This document shows positions 48,441 through 57,748 of a stretch of 64,000 nucleotides of DNA, in pieces. Origin of the DNA: Candidatus Omnitrophota bacterium. GTDB taxonomy: Bacteria > Omnitrophota > Gorgyraeia > Zapsychrales > Fredricksoniimonadaceae. The stretch is from NCBI GenBank assembly GCA_016201795.1, contig JACQCF010000004.1, forward strand, positions 74,117 to 138,116. The letters are read 5' to 3'. The translations under genes were made by a program, and so were the position numbers. The first letter of the stretch is position 1, and each line of letters starts with the position of its first letter. The notes under the pieces were generated by a model. That model saw only the letters and a list, made by a program, of their open reading frames with translations, made no database searches and had not been told where the DNA came from.

Positions 48441-49310
48441 GTGTCTTATCAACCTCCAGCCATTTACGGAATTATCGGTTATCCTTTAACACATAGCTTA
48501 TCCCCTCTTATGCATAACGCCGCTTTCAAAGCTTTGAAAGTCAATGCGGTGTATAAGCTGTTTGAACTTAAAGATGACGAGGAATTAAAACTCTTTTTTG
48601 AAGACCTCAAGCAAGAGGGTAATCCCATCCTTGGTCTTAATGTCACGGTTCCTTACAAGGAGAAAGTTTTAGCTTATGTGGATAGTTTGGATCCTTTTGC
48701 CGAGAAGGCAGGGGCCGTCAATACCCTTGCGATCACCCACCAGCGCAAAATCCACGGCTTTAATACCGACGGGCCGGGGTTTTTAAGTCATTTGGAAGAG
48801 TTAAACTTTTCTCTGAAGGGTAAACGTATTGCGATGTTGGGGGCCGGTGGTACCGCCCGGGCGATCTTAAGTGTTTTGTGTTTGGTCAACCAAAGACCTG
48901 CCGGTATTAAGCTTTATAACCGAACGTTGAGCAAAGCCCGGAATTTGGTCGAAGAATTGGCTCAGAAAATGGATACCAGTATAGTGGCCGTTGTTGATAG
49001 TGTAGAGGATCTTAATGTGGAACTGGCGGATTGTTTGATTAATACAACCTCCGTGGGATTAAAAGCTGAAGCAAAACCTTTGGTGGACCCTGGCCACTTT
49101 CATGCTGATATGTTAGTCTACGATGTGATTTATAATCCTGCACAGACAGATTTGTTAAAAGCAGCCAAAGCCAAAGGAGCTAAAACCTCTAACGGTCTTG
49201 GGATGCTGTATTATCAGGCAGTGCTGGCGCTCAATCATTGGTCCGGAGTCGATATCGACGACAAATATAAAAAAGTTATGCGCCAGACATTGGAGAGCAG
49301 CCTTAAATAA
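48441..49310 (+). CDS. aroE: Shikimate dehydrogenase AroE
   Basis: …IYGIIGYPLTHSLSPLMHNAAF…MLGAGGTARA…. GTG start. 289 aa. Confidence 0.88.
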   Translation: MSYQPPAIYGIIGYPLTHSLSPLMHNAAFKALKVNAVYKLFELKDDEELKLFFEDLKQEGNPILGLNVTVPYKEKVLAYVDSLDPFAEKAGAVNTLAITHQRKIHGFNTDGPGFLSHLEELNFSLKGKRIAMLGAGGTARAILSVLCLVNQRPAGIKLYNRTLSKARNLVEELAQKMDTSIVAVVDSVEDLNVELADCLINTTSVGLKAEAKPLVDPGHFHADMLVYDVIYNPAQTDLLKAAKAKGAKTSNGLGMLYYQAVLALNHWSGVDIDDKYKKVMRQTLESSLK

Positions 49311-50287
49311 TGGATATCTTTGTTATCTTTATGGCGGGTTCGATCGTCGGCAGCTTTTTAAACGTCTGCATTGTGCGTCTGCCGCAAGCCAAATCTGTTG
49401 TCTTTCCCTCATCTCATTGCCCGCGTTGCCAAAAACCTATTGCCTGGTATGACAATATTCCTTTGGTAAGCTGGATCGTACTTGGCGGCCGCTGCCGTCG
49501 CTGTAAGACAACCATAGATTTTCGTTATTGGCTGGTGGAGTTTTTAACAGCTTCTTTTTTTGCGGTCTTCTATCTCACTTATGGCTTCAACCCACTTTTA
49601 CCGGCGTATCTGGTTATGATCTGCTGTTTTATGGTGGCGACCTTCGTGGATTTGGAGCATCGGATTATTCCCGATGAGGTTTCCATTGGCGGTCTGTGGG
49701 CAGGACTTATTTTAAGTGCCTTCATTCCTCAACTGCACCCGTCTTCGGAAAATTTGGTTTTAGGCGGGTTTATCGCCGGATTTTTAGTAGTGCTGTGTTT
49801 ATTGTTGAGCTGGATTTATCCTTTTTTCTGCAAACATCTCATGGAAGAAGAACCGTATAACGATAAGCCGTTTAAAATTTTGGTTTTATTATCTTTACTC
49901 TTTATTGCGTTTGTCAATAATTTTATGTTTATACCGCCACCTGGGATAGCAAGTTTAGCAGCGGCTTTGATTGGTTTTATCATAGGCGCAGGAGCTATTT
50001 ACGCCATGGGATTATTGGGAGATATACTCTTTCGCAAAGAAAGCATGGGCGGCGGTGATGTCAAACTCATGGCCATGATTGGCGCATTTTTAGGCTGGAA
50101 AACAGCCCTACTATCGTTTTTTATTGCCCCATTCTTTGGAGCGATCGTCGGTATTATTGAAAAAATCCGCACCAAAGACAGCACCATTGCCTACGGGCCT
50201 TTTTTAGTTTTAGGAGCTTTGGTGAGCCTTTTTTGGGGGCGGGCCATTATTCAATGGGTTATCCAAGGGGGGGTTTATCGGTTATGA
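49310..50287 (+). CDS. Prepilin (type IV pilin/pseudopilin leader) peptidase, A24 family, long 325-aa form
   Basis: N-terminal Zn-binding CPRC…CRRC tetracysteine motif. …IPLVSWIVLGGRCRRCKTTIDFRYWLVE…. Multiple TM helices. Catalytic Asp context (…GGGDVKLMAMIG…). Confidence 0.85.
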   Translation: MDIFVIFMAGSIVGSFLNVCIVRLPQAKSVVFPSSHCPRCQKPIAWYDNIPLVSWIVLGGRCRRCKTTIDFRYWLVEFLTASFFAVFYLTYGFNPLLPAYLVMICCFMVATFVDLEHRIIPDEVSIGGLWAGLILSAFIPQLHPSSENLVLGGFIAGFLVVLCLLLSWIYPFFCKHLMEEEPYNDKPFKILVLLSLLFIAFVNNFMFIPPPGIASLAAALIGFIIGAGAIYAMGLLGDILFRKESMGGGDVKLMAMIGAFLGWKTALLSFFIAPFFGAIVGIIEKIRTKDSTIAYGPFLVLGALVSLFWGRAIIQWVIQGGVYRL

Positions 50288-50682
50288 AAACAATTTATGT
50301 GCTTTGGTGGGTTATGGTATTTGGTGTTTATTCTTCTTTGGTGGGGGCGGCACCGGCGAGCAACATACAATTAAGTTACGACACCGATAAGCAGACGCTT
50401 CACGTGGAAGCGGATCACCCTACGGACAGGTTAGATAGATATTTTATTCGTAGGGTGGTGGTGACCAAAAATCCTCAGGAATCCCAAGAATTTTATTTTT
50501 CCCGTCAGACATCGCCCGCTAAGTTTATCGCCGATCTGGATTACCCGGCAAACCCGGGGGACCATTTGGAGGTGCAGCTTTTTGCCAGTGAAGGAGGAAC
50601 AACACAAGGCAGTTTAGATGTGATTAAAGCCGAACAGGCAAAGGATGGCGATGAAAAAAAGACTGTACCGGATAGATGGTGA
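50284..50682 (+). CDS. Secreted hypothetical protein (signal peptide, ~132 aa, no Cys), translationally coupled to the prepilin peptidase
   Basis: MKTIYVLWWVMVFGVYSSLVGAAPAS… signal peptide with an AxA-type cleavage site. ATGA overlap with the upstream gene. No confident family match. Confidence 0.5.
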   Translation: MKTIYVLWWVMVFGVYSSLVGAAPASNIQLSYDTDKQTLHVEADHPTDRLDRYFIRRVVVTKNPQESQEFYFSRQTSPAKFIADLDYPANPGDHLEVQLFASEGGTTQGSLDVIKAEQAKDGDEKKTVPDRW

Positions 50683-50845
50683 TCGTAAAATAGCCGGCGT
50701 CTGCGGCGGTATCGCCGAATATTTTGACTGGGACCCTTCGCTGGTGCGTTTGGTCTTTGCGCTCATTTGTTTTTTAGGCGGGTTCGGTATCATTTTATAC
50801 GTCCTTCTGTGGGTCATTGTACCTTCTCAATCGAAAGTCTTATGA
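50645..50845 (+). CDS. PspC-domain protein (phage-shock-protein-C family small membrane protein)
   Basis: …KKRLYRIDGDRKIAGVCGGIAEYFDWDPSLVRLVFALICFLGGFGIILYVLLWVIVP is the canonical PspC domain. Alternative ATG at 50651 with RBS AAGGA. Overlaps the upstream ORF end. Confidence 0.75.
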   Translation: MAMKKRLYRIDGDRKIAGVCGGIAEYFDWDPSLVRLVFALICFLGGFGIILYVLLWVIVPSQSKVL

Positions 50846-51363
50846 CTTCAAAAAAATTGATTAAAAATATTGTGCTCATTGGGTTTATGGGCTCCGGCAA
50901 AACCATGATTGCTAAAGCTTTGGCGAAAAAGCTTAAAATCGAGCGGTTTTCCATCGACGAGATGATCGAAGAAGAACAAAATCGTTCGGTGGCGCAAATC
51001 ATCACAGAGAAAGGATGGCCTTATTTTCGTCGGCTTGAGCATCAGATGGTGAAAAAACTTTCGCGTAAGAAAGGTGTTATCATCGACTGCGGCGGCGGTG
51101 TGGTGCTGAAGGCACAAAATTTTGAACTTTTAAAAAAGAATGGTATAATATTTTACTTGAAAGCAACACCCCAGGTGATTTACAGGCGTATCAAGGACGA
51201 CAAAACTCGCCCACTTTTCAACGGGCCTCATCCCCAGGCGCGTTTAAAAGCCATCTTCAAAGAAAGACTTCCCCTCTACAACCAGGCCGATTACACCATT
51301 GATGCCTCAGAGGCATCCATTGACGGGCCGGTTGCAGAAATACTCAAGAAAGTTCTCGCATGA
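50842..51363 (+). CDS. aroK: Shikimate kinase AroK
   Basis: …NIVLIGFMGSGKTMIAKALA… P-loop. …IDCGGGVVL…. ~173 aa from the ATG at 50842 (ATGA overlap with the PspC-domain gene). The track ORF starts at 50767. Confidence 0.85.
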   Translation: MTSKKLIKNIVLIGFMGSGKTMIAKALAKKLKIERFSIDEMIEEEQNRSVAQIITEKGWPYFRRLEHQMVKKLSRKKGVIIDCGGGVVLKAQNFELLKKNGIIFYLKATPQVIYRRIKDDKTRPLFNGPHPQARLKAIFKERLPLYNQADYTIDASEASIDGPVAEILKKVLA

Positions 51364-52451
51364 CATCCCAAGAAGCTTTGATGGTCCTTAACGCCATCCC
51401 CGGGTTGGCCGCCAGCGGCATTAGAAAACTCATGGACGCTTTTGGTAGTGCCGATCAAATCTTACAACAGAATTATAAAACGCTTTTAGAGCAGGGTCTG
51501 GCGCCGAGTTTAGCGACAAATATTGTTCATTTTCCTAAAGACAAATTCCTGGAAGGTGAATATAATCACCTGCGGCAAAAAGATGTCGAGGTTATCACTG
51601 TTGTTGATGAGCGTTATCCGTCTTGTTTAAAAGCAATTCCCTCACCACCCCTTGTTCTTTATATGAGAGGGAAGCATCAGATGTTATCATTGCCGGCGGT
51701 GGCGATGGTTGGTTCACGGCGAGCTTCTTTTTACGGGATAAAAATTGCTGAACGTTTCGCCGGCGTATTTGCCCGGGTCGGGGTAGCGGTGGTTTCGGGT
51801 TTAGCCAAGGGGATTGATACCGCTTCTCATCAAGGATGTTTAAAAGCGCAAGGGGCGACGATGGCGGTACTCGGGTGCGGGTTAAACCATATTTATCCTA
51901 AAGAGAATACACGATTGTTGGAAGATATTGCTCAAGGGGGACTTTTGGTTTCCGAGTTTCCCATGGATACCGCCCCTTTGATGTATAATTTTCCTCGTCG
52001 TAATCGCATTATCAGCGGTTTGAGCCTGGCGACACTGATCATTGAGGCGGCCGAAAAAAGCGGGGCTTTAATCACGGCGGATTGTGCCTTAGAACAAGGC
52101 AGGGATGTTTTTGCGGTGCCTGGTAATATTGACAGCGATTTGTCGCAAGGGACCAATCGTTTAATCAAAGATGGCGCCAAAATAGCTTTATCAGCCGAGG
52201 AGATTTTGCAGGAATTAGGCCTGGAGATGAAAGCGCAGTTAGAACAAGAGAAAAGCTACGAAAAGCCTCGAGTCAATTTATCGGTGGATGAATATAAAGT
52301 TTATGAAATGCTGGACCATCAGCCGAATCATATTGATGTCATTGCCGCGCGATGCGGCCTGGACATTGGCGCATTAATGATCCAGGTGTTAAACTTAGAA
52401 CTTAAAGGAGTCATTAAGCAGTTGCCGGGGCAGTATTATATTAGAGTGTAG
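51360..52451 (+). CDS. dprA: DNA processing protein DprA (Smf)
   Basis: Rossmann-like …AMVGSRRASFYGIKIAERFAGVFARVGVAVVSGLAKGIDTASHQG…. C-terminal winged-helix-like domain. 363 aa. Confidence 0.88.
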   Translation: MTSQEALMVLNAIPGLAASGIRKLMDAFGSADQILQQNYKTLLEQGLAPSLATNIVHFPKDKFLEGEYNHLRQKDVEVITVVDERYPSCLKAIPSPPLVLYMRGKHQMLSLPAVAMVGSRRASFYGIKIAERFAGVFARVGVAVVSGLAKGIDTASHQGCLKAQGATMAVLGCGLNHIYPKENTRLLEDIAQGGLLVSEFPMDTAPLMYNFPRRNRIISGLSLATLIIEAAEKSGALITADCALEQGRDVFAVPGNIDSDLSQGTNRLIKDGAKIALSAEEILQELGLEMKAQLEQEKSYEKPRVNLSVDEYKVYEMLDHQPNHIDVIAARCGLDIGALMIQVLNLELKGVIKQLPGQYYIRV

Positions 52452-52470
52452 GGGCGGGGTGACCCCGCCC
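52451..52470 (+). other. GC hairpin GGGGCGGGG-TGA-CCCCGCCC between dprA and topA
   Basis: A perfect 8-9-bp G/C stem directly after the dprA stop. No U-tract follows. Confidence 0.5.
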
Positions 52471-52491
52471 GTACGGAGAATAGAGGAAATT

Positions 52492-54459
52492 ATGGCTAAA
52501 GCTAAAGCGTTGGTTATCGTTGAGTCTCCTGCCAAAGTTAAGACGATCAATAAAATTTTAGGCAATAAATACAAAGTCACCTCCTCCATGGGGCATTTGA
52601 TTGATTTACCCAAATCCAAATTGGGGGTGGATATCGAGACTGATTTCAGCCCTCAATTTATCGTGGTGCGCGATAAGCAAAAGATTTTAAAGAAGCTTAA
52701 AGATGAAGCCAGGGGGGTTGATGAAATTTATATCGCCACCGACCCGGACCGCGAGGGGGAGGCCATTGGCTGGAATTTGATCGAACATATCGGCGATGGC
52801 AAAAAAGTCAAGCGCGTGGTGTTTCATGAAATTACCAAAGAGGCTGTCAAAAAGGCTTTTGAACATCCCCGGGAGTTTGACCGTAAAAAAGTGGACGCTC
52901 AAAACGCCCGACGGGTGCTGGATCGCATTGTGGGGTATCAGATTTCACCGCTGCTCTGGAAGAAGGTGGGTTCACGTTTAAGCGCCGGGCGCGTACAGTC
53001 GGTGGCTTTGCGTTTGATCGTTGATCGAGGTGCGGAAATTAAAAGCTTCGTGCCGCAGGAATATTGGCAGATTGCGGTTGATTTACACAAAAAAGGTGTC
53101 CAGGACCTTCTGACGGCCAATTTAGAAAAAATCGATGATAAAAAAGCTGATTTAAAAACCGAAGGGCAGACTAAGGGAATCGTTAAAGAGATTAAACAAC
53201 AGGCTTTCAAGGTCAGCGCCATTGGTCAAAAGCAAGTCAAGCGTCATGCCCCGCCGCCTTTTATCACCAGCACCCTCCAGCAAGAAGCATTTGCCAAATT
53301 AGGTTTTAATACCTCCAAAACTATGTCCATTGCCCAGCAATTGTATGAAGGGGTGGAAATCGGCGATGAAGAGCCGGTGGGTTTAATTACGTACATGCGT
53401 ACCGACTCGTTTCATATGGCCAATGAAGCTATTGATAAGGTACGCTTATATATCAAAAAAGAATACGGATCTAAATTTTTACCTGAAACTCCCAATCGTT
53501 ACAAATCCAAAAAAAGTGCGCAGGAAGCGCATGAAGCTATTCGCCCGTCGGATGTGTTTCGCAAACCCGAAGAACTTAAAACTTATTTAACCGAAGAACA
53601 GTTTCGTCTTTATCATCTTATTTACAAACGTTTTATCGCCTGCCAGATGACAGCGGCGAGCTTTGAGCAGACCAAGATTGAGGTTGTTGCCGGTCGTTTT
53701 ACTTTTGGCGTTTCAGGGTCACTGATGAGTTTTGCCGGGTATTTGTCCGTATATAAAGACAGCGACGAAGAGGAACAAAGAAAACTCGATCCTTCCCATT
53801 ATCATCAAGGGGATGTTTTACAGTTAAAGGAAGTTAAACCATCCCAACATTTTACCAAGCCGCCGGCCAGATATTCAGAGGCCAGCCTGGTCAAAGCTTT
53901 GGAAGAGAATGGTATCGGACGGCCCAGCACTTATGCCTCGATTATTCAGACTTTGGTTTTCCGCAACTACGTGGCGCGCGATCGCGGTTATTTTGACGCC
54001 ACGGATTTAGGCATTAAGATTTGTCAGCTTCTGATGGAATATTTTAAGAAGATCATGGACATTGGTTTTACCGCCCACATGGAAGAGGGGCTGGACTCTA
54101 TCGAGGAAGGCCACACCAAGTATGAGAAGCTGCTCAAAGATTTTTACGGTCCCTTTAAAAAAGAACTTGATTATGCCTCGGCGAATATTCAAAAGACGCA
54201 TGCGACCATCGATCGGTTCTGCCCGCAATGCGCCAGACCTTTGGCGGTCAAATGGGGACGGCGCGGACGATTTATCAGCTGTACGGGGTTTCCCCAATGC
54301 AAGCATGCCGAGCCTTTTACGACGGATATTGCCTGTCCTTTGCCCGGATGCACGGGGAAATTAGTCGAGCGCCGCTCCATGCGCGGGACCACCTTTTATG
54401 GCTGTAGCCGTTATCCGGAATGCAAATTCATTGCCAATAAATTACCTGTGGCACAATAA
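52492..54459 (+). CDS. topA: DNA topoisomerase I (compact, ~656 aa, with two C-terminal zinc ribbons)
   Basis: Toprim N-terminus (KALVIVESPAKVKTI…). Active-site Tyr region (GLITYMRTDS). C4 zinc ribbons (CPQC…C…C and CPLPGC…C…C). RBS AGAGGAA before the ATG at 52492. Confidence 0.92.
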   Translation: MAKAKALVIVESPAKVKTINKILGNKYKVTSSMGHLIDLPKSKLGVDIETDFSPQFIVVRDKQKILKKLKDEARGVDEIYIATDPDREGEAIGWNLIEHIGDGKKVKRVVFHEITKEAVKKAFEHPREFDRKKVDAQNARRVLDRIVGYQISPLLWKKVGSRLSAGRVQSVALRLIVDRGAEIKSFVPQEYWQIAVDLHKKGVQDLLTANLEKIDDKKADLKTEGQTKGIVKEIKQQAFKVSAIGQKQVKRHAPPPFITSTLQQEAFAKLGFNTSKTMSIAQQLYEGVEIGDEEPVGLITYMRTDSFHMANEAIDKVRLYIKKEYGSKFLPETPNRYKSKKSAQEAHEAIRPSDVFRKPEELKTYLTEEQFRLYHLIYKRFIACQMTAASFEQTKIEVVAGRFTFGVSGSLMSFAGYLSVYKDSDEEEQRKLDPSHYHQGDVLQLKEVKPSQHFTKPPARYSEASLVKALEENGIGRPSTYASIIQTLVFRNYVARDRGYFDATDLGIKICQLLMEYFKKIMDIGFTAHMEEGLDSIEEGHTKYEKLLKDFYGPFKKELDYASANIQKTHATIDRFCPQCARPLAVKWGRRGRFISCTGFPQCKHAEPFTTDIACPLPGCTGKLVERRSMRGTTFYGCSRYPECKFIANKLPVAQ

Positions 54460-54474
54460 GATTATTTACTTTCT

Positions 54475-55335
54475 ATGAAACAGCATCTCGCTAAATTCTT
54501 GTCTTACCTTGAAATTGAAAAAAATTATTCCCGCCATACCATATTAAATTATCGCCTTGATTTAGAAGAGTTTGCCAGATTCTTGAGGGGGACTGCTATT
54601 GAAACGGTGGCCTATGTGGACTTGCGCCGGTTCTTGGCACAGTTAAAAGGGCGTAATTTAAAACCGCGCACCTTGGCTCGCAAATTGTCCAGCTTGCGTT
54701 CTTTTTTTAAATTTTTGCAGCGGGAGAAAATTGTTAAGAACAATCCCGCCTCACTTCTGGTCACCCCGAAATTAGACAAACCCCTGCCGCATTTTTTAAG
54801 CGAAGAGGAGGCGGTCAAGATCATCGAGGCGCCTCCATCGGATAAGGTCAGCCAATGGCGCGACAAAGCTATTTTTGAAACCCTTTACTCAACGGGAATT
54901 CGCGTCAGCGAGCTGGTCGGCTTAGACGTGGATGATGTGGATTTTATCAGCAATATCGTGCGGGTCATGGGCAAGGGCAAGAAGGAACGTCTGGTACCCA
55001 TCGGTGATAAAGCTTTGGATGCGATCAGAGAATATATCGACCGGCGTAAAATGGAATCCGAATGTGTGTTCTTAAACAAAAATGGGACGCGATTAACCAC
55101 CCGCAGTATCTGTGACATTATCAATAAATATGTTCTCCAACAGGCCGTGGCCCAGCATGTAACCCCGCATATGTTCCGCCACTCGTTTGCCACGCATTTA
55201 CTCAATCGCGGTGCGGATTTGCGCTGTGTCCAGGAATTATTGGGGCATGTCAATTTATCGACCACCCAAATTTATACCCATCTAACCACCGATAAACTCA
55301 AAAAAGTCTACGACCAGGCCCATCCCAGGGCGTGA
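54475..55335 (+). CDS. Tyrosine site-specific recombinase XerC/XerD
   Basis: …HMFRHSFATHLLNRGADLRCVQELLGHVNLSTTQIYTHL… catalytic R…HxxR…Y box. 286 aa. Confidence 0.88.
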   Translation: MKQHLAKFLSYLEIEKNYSRHTILNYRLDLEEFARFLRGTAIETVAYVDLRRFLAQLKGRNLKPRTLARKLSSLRSFFKFLQREKIVKNNPASLLVTPKLDKPLPHFLSEEEAVKIIEAPPSDKVSQWRDKAIFETLYSTGIRVSELVGLDVDDVDFISNIVRVMGKGKKERLVPIGDKALDAIREYIDRRKMESECVFLNKNGTRLTTRSICDIINKYVLQQAVAQHVTPHMFRHSFATHLLNRGADLRCVQELLGHVNLSTTQIYTHLTTDKLKKVYDQAHPRA

Positions 55336-55388
55336 ACCTGTAGGTTTTTCGCTGGCTCACCGACGCTATTTAATGTACAATAACCTCT

Positions 55389-56708
55389 ATGTTTTTTGAT
55401 GTTTTATTCTTTATTTACGCCCTTGTTTATCTGCCTTATTTGCTTTTAACGGGCCGTTGGTATAAGGGTTATGGTTTGCGTTTTGGCTCCTTTACAGACG
55501 CGCTCAAAGCCCGTTTATCTTCGGCTTCCACGATATGGATTCACGCGGTCAGTGTCGGTGAGGTCATGGCGGTGGTAACGCTAGTGGAAGAGATGAAATC
55601 CCGCTGGCCGACTTACACTTTGGTCGTGACCACCACCACCAAAACAGGTTACCAGTTAGCTCAAAGTAAGCTGAGGCAGACCGCTGTGGTGATTCCATCG
55701 CCTTTGGATTTTAGTTTTGTGGCCGCTTCCTTTTTACGTTTGATTAAACCCAAAGTTTATATCGCCGTTGAGACCGAAATTTGGCCTAATCTTTTTAACT
55801 GTCTTTCGCGCCATGGCATTCCTATTATTATCATCAATGGCCGTATATCAGATGTTTCGTATGGACGCTACAAAGCCATCAAGTTTTTGCTTAAAAGGGT
55901 TTTAGAAAAAGTTTCTTTGTTTTGTATGCAAACAGATAGAGATGTCCGCCGGATGGTTGAATTAGGGGCGCCTCAAGATAAAGTTTTTACTGTCGGCAAT
56001 ATTAAATTCGACGACCTGCCGTCTGACTCAACGATGTCATTCCCGTCCCGCCATGGCGGGATTATCGGGAATCCAGAATATACAAGTTCTAGATCTCCGA
56101 CTAATGCTTTCGGGGATGACCGAATTTGGGTTGCCGGAAGTACTCATCCCGGCGAAGAGGAGATTGTGTTGGATGTGTATGGCAAAATGATCAAAGAGCA
56201 TTCTCAATGGCATTTGATTATTGCGCCGCGGCATGTGGAGCGTACAGCAGAAATTGTGCGTTTAGTTGAAAAGAAGGGTTTATCTGCCATCAAACTTTCA
56301 GACAGCGGGTGGCCGAGGCAGGGACAGGACCCGCTGTTAGGCAGTAGTGTGGTGGTGGTTGACACTATCGGCCATTTGCGTTCTTTATACGCCAGATCCT
56401 CTTTGGTGTTTGTGGGCAAAAGCCTTTGTGTCGGCGGGGGGCATAATATTATCGAGCCGGCTTTTTATGCCAAGCCCATCATCATCGGCCCGCACATGGA
56501 CAATTTTCGCGATATCGCCGCGCTTTTTAAAACCCAGGGGGCCCTGATACAAGTTAAAGATAGTATGGAATTTGAACAACAAGTGAAGCGTTTGATGACG
56601 GATGAATTTTTAAGAACACAGTTGGGAGAAAAAGCCTACGGCGTTGTCAAAGCCAATCAAGGAGCAGGCGCGCGTATTCTTAAAATGCTTGAGAAATGGT
56701 TATTATGA
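55389..56708 (+). CDS. waaA: 3-deoxy-D-manno-octulosonic acid (Kdo) transferase WaaA/KdtA (GT30)
   Basis: …IWIHAVSVGEVMAVVTLVEEM… N-terminal domain signature. C-terminal GT-B domain. 439 aa. Confidence 0.88.
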   Translation: MFFDVLFFIYALVYLPYLLLTGRWYKGYGLRFGSFTDALKARLSSASTIWIHAVSVGEVMAVVTLVEEMKSRWPTYTLVVTTTTKTGYQLAQSKLRQTAVVIPSPLDFSFVAASFLRLIKPKVYIAVETEIWPNLFNCLSRHGIPIIIINGRISDVSYGRYKAIKFLLKRVLEKVSLFCMQTDRDVRRMVELGAPQDKVFTVGNIKFDDLPSDSTMSFPSRHGGIIGNPEYTSSRSPTNAFGDDRIWVAGSTHPGEEEIVLDVYGKMIKEHSQWHLIIAPRHVERTAEIVRLVEKKGLSAIKLSDSGWPRQGQDPLLGSSVVVVDTIGHLRSLYARSSLVFVGKSLCVGGGHNIIEPAFYAKPIIIGPHMDNFRDIAALFKTQGALIQVKDSMEFEQQVKRLMTDEFLRTQLGEKAYGVVKANQGAGARILKMLEKWLL

Positions 56709-57748
56709 AGAAATATTTTTATGAGCTTATGATGGACAAACGCCATGGCTTGATTGATAAAATCATTCAGGCGGTTTTATGGATTTTGTCGTTGGGCTAT
56801 TGTCTGATGGTTGCCCTTACGCGGCTGTTGTATCAAAAAGGCTTTTTGTCCGTCTATGAGAGCCCCCGACCGGTTGTTAGCATCGGCAATATTACCAGCG
56901 GAGGAGTTGGCAAAACACCTCTGGTTATTTGGCTGGCTAAAGTTTACCATGAAAGGCAAGTGAAGGTTGTTGTTTTGAGCCGCGGCTACGGTTCTGTTGA
57001 AGGCTTAAATGATGAAACCAAGATGTTCCAAGAACTATTACCGCAAGTGCCGATTGTCATCGGATCAAACAGAAAAGAAAGTATTCGAAAAATTTTTGAG
57101 AAATGGCCGGTGGATATTTTTCTGGCCGATGATGCCTTTCAGCATTGGCCTTTAAAGAGAGATTTGGATATTGTCACGGTGGATGCCGCCTATCCGTTCG
57201 GTAATGGTCATTTGTTGCCGCGGGGAATTTTACGCGAGAAGCCATCGGCCTTGGAGCGTGCGGATATTTTTGTATTAACCAAAACAGATAAAGTACAAAG
57301 TACTCAAGAGCTTTGTAATCAATTGCACCAGATTAATCCTGGGGCTTTAGTTGTCAAATCCCGTCATGTCCCTCGGCGTTTTCATAATTTTGAAGGACAT
57401 ACGACCAACCTTGAGATTCTTAAGGGTCAGAAAGTGTTGGCGTTTTGCGCTATTGGGGATCCCTCTTCGTTTGAACACACACTGCAACAATTAGGGCTTG
57501 TGGTATCCAAAGTTTTTACTTTTGTGGATCATCATCATTACAGCGAAGATGATCTTCAGAAAGTGGTCAACCATGCCAGAAAAGAAAATATCAAGATTAT
57601 TGTGACGACGCACAAAGATGACGTTAAAATAACACCTTTTAGAAATGTGTTTTACAAGGAAACTGTTCTAATTTTGGATATTGAATTAGAAATCACTCAA
57701 GGTCAAGATGAGCTCATTCAACGAGTCCTTTCTTTGCGGCGCCGTTAG
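56696..57748 (+). CDS. lpxK: Tetraacyldisaccharide 4'-kinase LpxK
   Basis: …VVSIGNITSGGVGKTPLVIWLA… P-loop. …VVLSRGYG…. Alternative start at 56705 (ATGA overlap with waaA). Confidence 0.88.
   Translation: MVIMKKYFYELMMDKRHGLIDKIIQAVLWILSLGYCLMVALTRLLYQKGFLSVYESPRPVVSIGNITSGGVGKTPLVIWLAKVYHERQVKVVVLSRGYGSVEGLNDETKMFQELLPQVPIVIGSNRKESIRKIFEKWPVDIFLADDAFQHWPLKRDLDIVTVDAAYPFGNGHLLPRGILREKPSALERADIFVLTKTDKVQSTQELCNQLHQINPGALVVKSRHVPRRFHNFEGHTTNLEILKGQKVLAFCAIGDPSSFEHTLQQLGLVVSKVFTFVDHHHYSEDDLQKVVNHARKENIKIIVTTHKDDVKITPFRNVFYKETVLILDIELEITQGQDELIQRVLSLRRR

Noticed and set aside
50233-50283. Track start of the secreted-protein ORF (MGAGHYSMGYPRGGLSV…) overlapping the pilD 3' end
   Set aside because: The ATG at 50284 is directly followed by a canonical signal peptide and forms an ATGA overlap. 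The upstream extension is probably untranslated.
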